From an uncultured Enterobacteriaceae bacterium (GTDB lineage: Bacteria > Myxococcota_A > UBA9042), in assembly GCA_964447285.1 (NCBI GenBank), contig CAYURO010000010.1, positions 67,729 to 131,728 of the forward strand: a stretch of 64,000 bases of DNA. Direction: 5' to 3'. Shown here one piece after another: positions 1-8,675 of the stretch. A program made the position numbers and the translations under genes. The first letter of the stretch is position 1. Every line of letters starts with the position of its first letter. The notes under the pieces were generated by a model, which made no database searches, was not told the origin of the DNA, and was given only the letters and a program-made list of their open reading frames with translations.

Positions 1-192
1 GCCGTATCGGCTGAGTCGTCAACCCACCCGAAACACGTCAGCGGCGTTCGGCCAATCCCCCCGCCCCGCCCTCACAGCCAGCGCCGAGTTCTCTGAATTA
101 GCTCACAACTTGACAATTCCTTTTGAAACGTTTCGGTGACCGCACTCAGCCCGATCCGGACCACTCCGCAGGGTGCTTGGCGGGTTCGCCGG

Positions 193-1581
193 TCATGTAG
201 ACCCGTCCGCTCCCGACACCTCGCCCTCGGCGGGCAACACAAGCGCCTCCCCGTCGACAGCCCGCGCCTGCGATTCTCCCTCGACCGGCAACGCCTGCAC
301 CTCCCGAAGCCGTCGCTGAATCGCACGGTTGCGCGTGGCGGCGTCGTCCATCTTGCGCGCCGCCTCGTCCAGCTTCTTGCGCACGCCGTCCAGCACATCG
401 CCGAACTTGCCGAACTCGGTCTTGACCTCTCCCAGCACCTTCCACACCTCGCTGGACCGCTTCTGGATCGCCAGGGTGCGAAAGCCCATCTGCAGGCTGT
501 TCAGCAGCGCGGCCAGCGTCGTCGGACCCGCCACGATCACGCGGTGCTCCCGCTGCAGCAGCTCCAACAGTGCGGGGCGTCTGCTGATCTCGGCATACAG
601 CCCCTCGACCGGCAGGAACACGATGCCGAAGTCGGTGGTCCACGGCGGCTGCACATACTTCAGATGCACATCCTTGGCACACGCCTTCACCCGCAATTCC
701 AAAGCCTTGCCTGCAGCTTCCAGTGCCACCGGGTCAGCGCGATCCTGGGCGTCCAGCAGCCGCTGCCAGTCCTCCAGCGGGAATTTCGAGTCGATGGGCA
801 GCCACACCGCCTGTTCGCCGTCCTGTCGTCCCGGCAAACGCAACGCAAATTCGACCACCTCTGTCGCTCCGGGTCGCACGGTCACGTTGCGCTGGTACTG
901 CTCCGGCGCCATCACCTCCGCCAGCAGGGACTCGAGCTGCACCTCGCCCCAACCGCCCCGCGCCTTCACGTTCGTCAGCACGCGCTTCAGGTCGCCCACG
1001 CCGGTCGCCAAAACCTGCATCTCGCCCAGCCCCTTGTGCACCTGCTCCAGACGCTCTGACACCTGCTGGAACGACTCGCCCAGCCGCTTCTCCAGCGTTC
1101 CCTGTAGTTTCTCATCCACCGTCACCCGCATCTCTTCCAGTTTGTTCGTATTTTCCGTGGTCAGGTGCTGCAGCCGCTTCTCCATCACGTCGCGCATCAC
1201 CGCCTGGGCCCGTTCGTTCGCGGCCGAGAACTGCGTCAGCTGCAGCGCGAACGCCTCGAGTTGCCGCTGCTCTGCCTCACGCGCTTCCGCCAGACCGCGC
1301 GCCATCTGGTTGCCAAAATCCCGCAGCGCCACTGCCTGTTGCTCCCGATCGACCTGGTTTTGCTGGCGGACGTCGTCGCGGTGGCGGGTCAGCACGTCGC
1401 GCAAGCTGCGTTCCGTGCGTTCCTGGGCTTGGTTCAACCCTTCCAGACGGCCCAGCAGCTCTGGCGACGTCGTGGGGGGCGGCGGGCGGCGCAACAGCAA
1501 CAGCACCTGCAGCACAACGGTCACGACCAGCAGCAGCAGCACAGCGACGAGCACAAGGTTCATGGCAACTCCGATGGACAC
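193..1581 (-). CDS. rmuC: DNA recombination protein RmuC
   Basis: 462-aa ORF with an N-terminal TM helix, a long coiled-coil and the conserved RmuC C-terminal region (…VIVAGPTTLAALLNSLQMGFRTLAIQKRSSEV…). An alternative start at MNLVLV (1563) is possible. Confidence 0.8.
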   Translation of the reverse strand: MSIGVAMNLVLVAVLLLLVVTVVLQVLLLLRRPPPPTTSPELLGRLEGLNQAQERTERSLRDVLTRHRDDVRQQNQVDREQQAVALRDFGNQMARGLAEAREAEQRQLEAFALQLTQFSAANERAQAVMRDVMEKRLQHLTTENTNKLEEMRVTVDEKLQGTLEKRLGESFQQVSERLEQVHKGLGEMQVLATGVGDLKRVLTNVKARGGWGEVQLESLLAEVMAPEQYQRNVTVRPGATEVVEFALRLPGRQDGEQAVWLPIDSKFPLEDWQRLLDAQDRADPVALEAAGKALELRVKACAKDVHLKYVQPPWTTDFGIVFLPVEGLYAEISRRPALLELLQREHRVIVAGPTTLAALLNSLQMGFRTLAIQKRSSEVWKVLGEVKTEFGKFGDVLDGVRKKLDEAARKMDDAATRNRAIQRRLREVQALPVEGESQARAVDGEALVLPAEGEVSGADGST

Positions 1582-1796
1582 GCGGAAGTGCGCGCGCCGA
1601 CTTGGCCAACGTGGGCGGCGTCGGCACGCGAGTCAAGGGGCTGCACTGTCGGTATGCGACGTCATCTGTCGCATGGGCGCACGGGGTCACCCCGGAGAAA
1701 CCCCTACCCAAAAACGGGGAACGCCCCGGATACCCAAGTGCATCGGCAGAGGCCAAGATCCTTGTTGCGGAATCCCCCGCTCGAGATGTTGGACCC

Positions 1797-4091
1797 ATGA
1801 ACCGCCCATCCCACGTTTGGTCGCAACTGCTCTCCAGCGCACTGCTGTACACACTCTTGGCCTCGCCTTCGCTTGCGCGAGCCGATGAATCCCAGGCGCT
1901 TGCCGCACCCGCCCCGCCCACCGCATCGGACGAGCCACCGTCCGTCGATCTGCCACCGCTGGTCGTCACGGGACGGCGCACCGAGCAGAAACTGTTCGAG
2001 GTCGACCGCAACCTACAACGCGTGGACCACAGCGATGTCCGTAAGCTGCAAGCGCAATCGATGCCGGACGCGTTGAAGGAGACGACGGGCGTTCACATGC
2101 AGTCGACCCACCGCGGCGCTGGCGCTCCGTATCTGCGTGGCCTTGTGGGACCGCAGAACCTGTTGGTGATCGACGGCATCCGTTTCAGCAATTCTACCTT
2201 TCGCACCGGGCCCAACCAGTACCTCTCGATGCTGGACCCCTCCTCGTTCGCCCGCATGGAGGTGCTGTTGGGTCCCGGTTCGGTTCTTTACGGCGCAGAT
2301 GCACTCGGCGGCGTGCTGCAGTTCTTTCCCGCCGACTTCGTGCACGAGCAGGGTTTCGGCGCTCGCGGCGGATTGCGCTTTGCGAGTGCGGACTTGTCGA
2401 CGTCCGGTTGGGCCGATGCGTCGTGGCGCAACGACAGCTTTGGCGTGCTGGCCGGCGGCGCACTGCGGAACTTCGGCACGCTGACGGCGGGCGGCGGCGT
2501 CGAGCAACCGCTGAGCGACTATCAGCAAGGCGCCTGGCACCTGCGGGCGCGCTACCAGCCCACCGACACCCTGACGCTGGACCTGACATGGCTGGGCGCG
2601 CGGCTGAACGACGCGATGCGGCTCGACGAAGTGCGGCGCCTCTCTTCGGGGATCAACCGGATTCGCCGCTATGACAACCAGGACGACATCGGCTGGCTGG
2701 ACGCGCGGTGGCGGCCCAAGCGCATGGCCCTTCGCGAGCTTCGACTGGCCGGCGCCCTGCACCGCACCCACGAGACGTCGTACCAGGTGCGCTGCACGAT
2801 GGATGCGGCCCTGGCCGGCATGTCCGACTGCATCGACGCGGTCGACACCTGGCGCGACGCTCCCACGGCCCAGCCCGGCACGCCGATCGCCCGCCAGGAC
2901 GAGGCCACCGACACCGTCCTGACGCCCGGCGGCTTGGTCGAGGCGCACTTCGACTTCTGGAACAAGCGGATCCGCTCTGTGGTGGGCGCTGACGCCTGGT
3001 TCGACGCGGTCGACTCCAGCAAGCGGGAGCGTCGCGCCGACAAGAACGATTGGGCGTGGAAGGACCTGACACGAGGCAACTTCTCCGACGGATCGGCGTA
3101 TGCAACGGGAGGCGCCTTTGCCCATGCCGACGCCGATGTGGCGAAATGGGGAGCCAAGTCCGTGGTCGCGGGTGCCGGCGCCAGGTTGACGCATGTGACG
3201 GCCAGCGCCCAGGACGTGCCCAGCATCGGCGATGTGGACTATGACCACACCGGCGCGGTGGCGACGGCGGACCTGAAGTACCTGCACGGCGAAACCTTCA
3301 TGTTGTACGGCAACTTCGCCCAAGGCTTTCGCGCACCGAACCTGCAAGAGTCGACGGTGCTGGGCAACACCGGCAGCAAGTTCGAGATCCCCAACGCCAA
3401 TTTGAAGCCAGAGACCAGCAACACCGTCGAGTTGGGCGGGCGCGTGCAGGCCGGGGCTGTCGCGCTGCACCTCGCCGGCTTCGTGTCATGGCTGCAGGAC
3501 GTGATCGACGAGCGCACGGTGCCCGAGGCTGAGTGGAAGGCGATGGGCATCGCGGCCGACGACGTGGGCACCACCCCGGTGATCCAGCGCGTGAATTCGA
3601 CCAAGGGCCTGTTCAAGGGCGCCGAGCTGACGCTGCAGGGCGGTCCGTGGTGGCAGGTGACGCCGTGGGCGCGCGCCTCGTGGGTCGAGGGAGACCTGAC
3701 CGACGCCGCCGGGTTGGAGTCGCCCGCCCGCCGCATTCCGCCTGCCCTCGGGTCCGCCGGCGTGCGCTACGCCCTGCCCCGTGACCGTGGCTATGTCGAG
3801 GTCTTCTCGCGCTTTGCGGCCGCCCAGGACCGTCTGCACGCCAGCGACGAGAACGACCTGCGCATCTGCGAGGACCCCGCGCACCCCGGCAAGACCTACA
3901 AGGAGGGCGGCGGTCAGTGCCCCGGCACACCGGCATGGGCCACCGTGAACCTGCGCGCCGGCTATCGGTGGGAGGATCTGCACATCGACGCCGCCCTGAC
4001 GAACCTGACCGACGCGGCCTACCGACTGCACGGGTCGGGCGTCAACGAGGCTGGAATCGGGGCTTCCGTCTCGATGACGGCCGAGTACTGA
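1797..4091 (+). CDS. TonB-dependent outer-membrane receptor
   Basis: Signal peptide (…LASPSLARA), a plug domain (VVTGRR…DALKETTGVHMQ…APYLRGL…LVIDGIRF) and a long beta-barrel ending in an aromatic residue. The ATG at 1797 is in frame with track ORF 723..4091. The upstream 723..1796 part is antisense to rmuC and rejected. Confidence 0.85.
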   Translation: MNRPSHVWSQLLSSALLYTLLASPSLARADESQALAAPAPPTASDEPPSVDLPPLVVTGRRTEQKLFEVDRNLQRVDHSDVRKLQAQSMPDALKETTGVHMQSTHRGAGAPYLRGLVGPQNLLVIDGIRFSNSTFRTGPNQYLSMLDPSSFARMEVLLGPGSVLYGADALGGVLQFFPADFVHEQGFGARGGLRFASADLSTSGWADASWRNDSFGVLAGGALRNFGTLTAGGGVEQPLSDYQQGAWHLRARYQPTDTLTLDLTWLGARLNDAMRLDEVRRLSSGINRIRRYDNQDDIGWLDARWRPKRMALRELRLAGALHRTHETSYQVRCTMDAALAGMSDCIDAVDTWRDAPTAQPGTPIARQDEATDTVLTPGGLVEAHFDFWNKRIRSVVGADAWFDAVDSSKRERRADKNDWAWKDLTRGNFSDGSAYATGGAFAHADADVAKWGAKSVVAGAGARLTHVTASAQDVPSIGDVDYDHTGAVATADLKYLHGETFMLYGNFAQGFRAPNLQESTVLGNTGSKFEIPNANLKPETSNTVELGGRVQAGAVALHLAGFVSWLQDVIDERTVPEAEWKAMGIAADDVGTTPVIQRVNSTKGLFKGAELTLQGGPWWQVTPWARASWVEGDLTDAAGLESPARRIPPALGSAGVRYALPRDRGYVEVFSRFAAAQDRLHASDENDLRICEDPAHPGKTYKEGGGQCPGTPAWATVNLRAGYRWEDLHIDAALTNLTDAAYRLHGSGVNEAGIGASVSMTAEY

Positions 4092-4128
4092 GCCGTCCCT
4101 ACGTCCCGCTGCAAGGGCCCAACACCGG

Positions 4129-5064
4129 CTACACCGCCCGTAGCACCACCTTCCGCTTGCGCCTGCGCCCGGGCGTCCTGCGCAACCCCGCGAGCGTCCA
4201 GTCGGCATCCACAGCCCTGCCCGCCAGCATCAGCCACTCGGCCTCTTGCTCAGACGCAGTCCCGGCCAACACCGCCTCTCGCGACACACGCGTCGTCTCC
4301 TGCAGCGCCACCGCTCCTTCGCACGCCAACACCCACTCGAAGTGAAGGTAATCGTTGGCGGTCGACGCGATCATGGCGGGCAGGTGCGGCTCGGGCCACG
4401 TCGCGGCCACCTGCATCAACTCGACGACCATGTCGGGCGAGGCGCGCCGCTGATCGTGCAGGCTTGCGATGTGCCCCACCGGGTCCAGCCCTTCGGCCTC
4501 GATGCAGGCGCGCACCACCCAGGTCGCGTGTAGCCAACCGCCTTCCGAGACCAGCCACTTCTCGGCGATGTCGCGGGCGGTGGCCGTGTCGCCCGCAAAC
4601 AGGTGCATTCGTGCGAGGTTGCAGTCTGTCATCGCCAAAGCGTAGAAGCGGTCGGTGACGGCCGGGTCGTGGTCCGACCAGAGCTCTTCCTGCGCCTCAC
4701 TCATCTGCGCGGCCGCCGCCCGACGAAAGGCCGGCCGCGCGTCGGCGAACTGCCCTGAGTGGGCCAGATAGGTGGCGTAGTTCGAAAGCAGGTGCGACCC
4801 GTGCGGCGGGTGTGCCAGCACACGGTGAAACATGCGGCCAGCGCGCTCGAATTCCTGATGCTCGGACAGCATCCCGGCCAGCAGGGTGGCGATGTCCATA
4901 TCGTGGAGGTTGCGGGCCAGCGCGCGGTACAGTAGCTCGATGGCTTGGTCGATGTGCCCTTGCCGCCGCAGGTCCATCGCCGCCTCGATGGGCGAGACGT
5001 CGCGAGCCGTCCGGGGCCTCGATCGCGGTCGTGCAACGGGGTCGTCGGGGTCGGTCGCAGCCAT
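4129..5064 (-). CDS. Hypothetical TPR-like repeat protein
   Basis: Helical repeat-rich ORF (…QAIELLYRALARNLHD…). I take the internal Met (MAATDPDD) as start. No specific family recognised. Confidence 0.5.
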   Translation of the reverse strand: MAATDPDDPVARPRSRPRTARDVSPIEAAMDLRRQGHIDQAIELLYRALARNLHDMDIATLLAGMLSEHQEFERAGRMFHRVLAHPPHGSHLLSNYATYLAHSGQFADARPAFRRAAAAQMSEAQEELWSDHDPAVTDRFYALAMTDCNLARMHLFAGDTATARDIAEKWLVSEGGWLHATWVVRACIEAEGLDPVGHIASLHDQRRASPDMVVELMQVAATWPEPHLPAMIASTANDYLHFEWVLACEGAVALQETTRVSREAVLAGTASEQEAEWLMLAGRAVDADWTLAGLRRTPGRRRKRKVVLRAV

Positions 5065-5142
5065 GGCGGGCCTCCTTCGTGGCACCACCAGTATCCATGC
5101 GAATGGCGACAAGCTGTGTCGCTTGCCGACTGCGTGTCGCGT

Positions 5143-5802
5143 CTACTCGAGGCCGATCAGGCCCGTGCGAATCGCCAGACGCACCAGCGCCGGCAGGTCG
5201 CGCAACCCCAGCTTGGCCATCAGGTTGGCGCGGTGGCCCTCGACGGTCTTCACGCTGATGCCCAGCTCGTCCGCGATGTCCTGACTCGTCCGCCCCAACG
5301 CCACCAGCCTCAGCACCTGCTGTTCGCGCGCGGTCAACACCTCGAGTCCCGGCGGACCACCGTCGGCCGCTGGCCCCTTCGCTTTCGCATCCGTCAGCAG
5401 CACCTTGGCCGCCGCTGGGCTGAAGAACGCCTGCCCTGCCGCCACCGCGCGAATCGCCGCCACCAGGTCGCCCAAACCGGACCCCTTCACCAGATAGCCA
5501 CTGGCACCCGCCCGAATCGCCGGCCGCACGAACTCCTCACCGTCGTGCATCGACAGCACCAGCACCCGCGTTTCCGGCCGTCGCCCGGCAATCAGCTCCG
5601 TCGCGTCGAGACCGCTGATGCCCGGCAGCGTCAGGTCCATCACGACCACGTCGGGCTCCAGCGCGGTCGCCAGCTCGACGGCTTGGGTACCGGTGGACGC
5701 CTCGCCCACCACGGTCATGTCCTCGCGCCCCGACAGCAAAGCCCGCAGGCCCTCACGAACGATCGTGTGGTCGTCGACCAGCAGAATCCGAATCACGCTC
5801 AT
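5143..5802 (-). CDS. NarL/FixJ-family response regulator (REC + LuxR HTH)
   Basis: Receiver motifs (ILLVDDH…VVVMDLTLPGISG) and a C-terminal LuxR-type HTH (LTAREQQVLRLVALGRTSQDIADELGISVKTVEGHRANLMAKLG). Its start overlaps the kinase stop by 4 nt. Confidence 0.85.
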   Translation of the reverse strand: MSVIRILLVDDHTIVREGLRALLSGREDMTVVGEASTGTQAVELATALEPDVVVMDLTLPGISGLDATELIAGRRPETRVLVLSMHDGEEFVRPAIRAGASGYLVKGSGLGDLVAAIRAVAAGQAFFSPAAAKVLLTDAKAKGPAADGGPPGLEVLTAREQQVLRLVALGRTSQDIADELGISVKTVEGHRANLMAKLGLRDLPALVRLAIRTGLIGLE

Positions 5803-7094
5803 GGGTTCGCCTCACTGGCTGCAGAGACCGCCGACGCCGGGAATACGACGTGGAGCCGCGTGCCTCCTCCCGGCTTCGCATCGATCTCGAACGATCCGCC
5901 CAACAACTCGACCCGCTCGCGCATCCCGACCAGGCCTAGACCCGCCCCTGAAACTGTTTGCAGATCAAACCCTTGCCCGTCGTCCTGCACCGTCAGCTCG
6001 ACGCCCGCTTCGGTCGCCTGCAGCCGCACCTGAATGCGCTGCGCCTTGGCGTGTCGGGCGGCGTTGGTCAGGGCCTCCTGCGCGATGCGGAAGCACGCCA
6101 CCTCAATCGCCGCGGGCACTTGAGCCGTCCCTTCCACCGTACACTGGACCGGCAGCCCGGTGCCGTCGTGCAGCGCCTGGCAGTGCCGCTCCAACGCGCG
6201 CCCCAGCCCGACTTCGGACAGCAGCGGCGGGGCCAACCGGCGCACGGTGCGGCGCGTTTCCTCGATCGACTCGTCCGCCAGCTGCAGCATGTCGTCCATC
6301 GCCTGCCGCGGCGCGTCCTCCGGGCCGGACGTTTCACGCAACACCTGGAGACGCAAGCGCAATCCAGTCAGTGTCTGCCCCAGACCGTCGTGCAGGTCCA
6401 GCGCGATGCGACGCCGCTCCTCTTCTTGCAGCCCGGCAGAACGCGCCGCGAGCTCTCGCAGCCTCGCTTGACTGGCCTCCAGCGCCTGTACCGCCGCTGC
6501 CACCCTTGCCGCCAGCGTCTGGTTCATCCTGTCCAGCTCGCCCACCAGTCCAGAGATGCGCTCCTCTGCCCGCCGCACGGTCAACAGCGGCACCGAGCGA
6601 ATCAGCCACGCCAGAGCCAACCCCAGCAGACCAAACACGATTCCCTGCGCGAAGGCCCCCTGCAGCAGCCGCCCCATGGACAGCCCCACCCACACGGCAC
6701 CATGCCCCTCGCCCGGCAGGGTCAACGGCACACGGGTCCAAAGAATGCGCCCCTGCGTCTGGACTTGCGTCGGTGAGGACACGTCCAGCGCCACCCCACG
6801 CCCATCCACCACGACCAGACTAACCACGTCGGGTCGCGCCAGGTGGTTGCGCACGTGCTCGGCAAGCTTGATCGTGTCGTAGCGCCACAATCGGGGGCGA
6901 GTCGACACCTCGCGCTGCACCAGATCGGCCACCTCGACACCGGTCGATTGAGCCAGGGCACGCAGCTCGCCCACGCGCAAGGCCCCCCAACCCAAGGGGA
7001 TCGCCAGCCAGACCACCGCCAGCACCATCACGGCGACGGGCGTCAGGCGCGCGCGCAGCACGCGGGATAGGTCGATGGGATGCGTCACGGTCAC
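5799..7094 (-). CDS. Sensor histidine kinase (HisKA_3/HATPase_c, NarX/DegS type)
   Basis: TM segments followed by the H-box EERRRIALDLHDGLGQTL and N/G boxes (ALTNAARHA…DDGQGF…GLGLVGMRERVELLGG). Probable GTG start overlapping the stop of the upstream binding protein (GTGA). The track ORF runs on to 7304, but that extension overlaps 7091..8047. Confidence 0.8.
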   Translation of the reverse strand: MTVTHPIDLSRVLRARLTPVAVMVLAVVWLAIPLGWGALRVGELRALAQSTGVEVADLVQREVSTRPRLWRYDTIKLAEHVRNHLARPDVVSLVVVDGRGVALDVSSPTQVQTQGRILWTRVPLTLPGEGHGAVWVGLSMGRLLQGAFAQGIVFGLLGLALAWLIRSVPLLTVRRAEERISGLVGELDRMNQTLAARVAAAVQALEASQARLRELAARSAGLQEEERRRIALDLHDGLGQTLTGLRLRLQVLRETSGPEDAPRQAMDDMLQLADESIEETRRTVRRLAPPLLSEVGLGRALERHCQALHDGTGLPVQCTVEGTAQVPAAIEVACFRIAQEALTNAARHAKAQRIQVRLQATEAGVELTVQDDGQGFDLQTVSGAGLGLVGMRERVELLGGSFEIDAKPGGGTRLHVVFPASAVSAASEANP

Positions 7095-8047
7095 CGCGCG
7101 CCTCCCAACAGCGGTAGCGACTCCGCCTTGCGAATGACGGCCTCTCCCACCGGAGACGCCACACAGGCCAGGAATCGCGCCACGGCGCCGGTCGGCCGAC
7201 CACTCGACACAAACAACAAGTCCTTCCAGAATGGGTACTTGCCTGCAGCGACCGCCGCCCCCGTCGGAGCCGCTCCATCGACCTTCAACAGCCGCAGCGG
7301 CCAACCGCCGGCCCGCACGGCACTCGCGTCGACCAGTCCGACCGACCCGGGCGTCGCCAGCAGCGTCTCGTGCATCGAGCGGTCGTGATACGCGACGAGC
7401 CAGCGCTGGTCCCGGCGCGCCAAATCGTCGGCCACCGCAAAGGCCGGCAGGCGCTTGCCGACCGCCGCGTGACTCGAGTCGCCACTCTCTCGCTGCACCG
7501 GAACCACGACACGCCCGTCGGACCAGCGCGCTCGAACCCCTTGGAAAATCTGAACGATCTCCTCCCGGGTCAACGGCTCGTCCACCACGTCGGGATGCGT
7601 CGCGACGGCAACGGGTGCACGGGCGTACGGCAACACGGTCAACCCGAGCTTCCGCTCAGCGTCGCGCAGTGGCCGTGACACCAGCGCCAGATCGATCTCG
7701 CCGTCTGCCAGAGCGCGCAGCCCGCCCGTCGAGCCCATGCCCTCATCGACGTCGATGTGCAGACTCGGGTCCGCACGGGAACACGCGTCCGCAAGTTGTC
7801 GGGTCAGCGGCACGTTGCTTCCAGAACCAGCTAGAAGTAAACGAGAATCCGGCGCACGCACCGAACGGATCGGCCCGGCAGCGTTGCCGCGCGGAGGCTC
7901 GGGTCCCCCCAGAACCGCATGGGTCAGAAAGCCGGCGCCCACCAGCAGCGGCAGCGCGACCACAGCGACCAGCGACCACAGCACGACAGGCCGCAGCAGG
8001 GGCGAGCGGTCGAGCCAGTCGGAGAGGTTGCGGGAGGTCAATGGCAC
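7091..8047 (-). CDS. Membrane-anchored PstS-like periplasmic binding protein (sensor accessory)
   Basis: N-terminal TM helix then a phosphate-binding-protein-like PBP fold (…LLLAGSGSNVPLTRQLA…GLRALADGEIDLALVSRPL…). Translationally coupled to the kinase. Confidence 0.7.
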   Translation of the reverse strand: MPLTSRNLSDWLDRSPLLRPVVLWSLVAVVALPLLVGAGFLTHAVLGGPEPPRGNAAGPIRSVRAPDSRLLLAGSGSNVPLTRQLADACSRADPSLHIDVDEGMGSTGGLRALADGEIDLALVSRPLRDAERKLGLTVLPYARAPVAVATHPDVVDEPLTREEIVQIFQGVRARWSDGRVVVPVQRESGDSSHAAVGKRLPAFAVADDLARRDQRWLVAYHDRSMHETLLATPGSVGLVDASAVRAGGWPLRLLKVDGAAPTGAAVAAGKYPFWKDLLFVSSGRPTGAVARFLACVASPVGEAVIRKAESLPLLGGAR

Positions 8048-8140
8048 GTGGCTCCGCGGCAGCCGGGGGAGGAGGGGCTGTGTGGCAGGGTCAGATACCA
8101 GCGGAGGGGACGTGCTGCAATCCCGGATGACAGCGAAGGC

Positions 8141-8551
8141 CTAGAACTCGTCCTCGCGGATGCGATTTCGGTTCCAGCTGGGGATTTCGACCTCGATCTC
8201 CTCACTTCCATCGGGCACGCACTGACACGAGAGCCGGGACTGCGGCGTCAGCGCGGGTGCTGTGTCCAGCATGTCCTCTTCGGCTTCCTCGGCACGGCGG
8301 CAGCTCGCCCCGCCCTTCTTGACGTAGACGTGGCAGGTTGAGCACGCCACCACACCGCCGCACGCGTGATCGACCTCAATGCCGTGATGCAACAGGATGT
8401 CCAGCAGCGACCCCGGCAGCCCGTCGCGACCGTACGGCAGGTCCTGCGGAGCGACCTCGATCGGCTGCTCGACTCCAGCGACACGCACCCGGAACGGCTG
8501 CTGCGCCGGGCCGTTGGCCGTCTGCTTCAAGTAGGGATTCACACCGCCCAT
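8141..8551 (-). CDS. fdx: 2Fe-2S ferredoxin (adrenodoxin/ISC Fdx type)
   Basis: Cys ligands CGGVVACSTCHV…LSCQC align with E. coli Fdx. GGGAG Shine-Dalgarno 6 nt upstream of the ATG. Confidence 0.8.
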   Translation of the reverse strand: MGGVNPYLKQTANGPAQQPFRVRVAGVEQPIEVAPQDLPYGRDGLPGSLLDILLHHGIEVDHACGGVVACSTCHVYVKKGGASCRRAEEAEEDMLDTAPALTPQSRLSCQCVPDGSEEIEVEIPSWNRNRIREDEF

Positions 8552-8675
8552 GCTCGTCTCCCGTCGCTTGCCAAGTGCGCACGCAGGGTAAGCCAGCCCG
8601 CAGGACGCGCAAGGGAAGCCGACGCAAGGGGCCCGCCGCCCTGCCCCACCTGCCGCGTCAACTCAGCGTGTCGAT

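Noticed and set aside
110-134. TTGACA hexamer and a perfect 10-bp palindrome gaaacgtttc downstream of rmuC
   Set aside because: No plausible -10 element at 16-18 bp. The orientation would drive transcription antisense into rmuC. As a terminator, the palindrome alone gives only a 4-bp stem.
723-1796. N-terminal 358-aa extension of the TonB-receptor ORF
   Set aside because: Pro/Ala/Arg-rich with no signal peptide and antisense to rmuC. The receptor's own signal peptide starts at the ATG at 1797.
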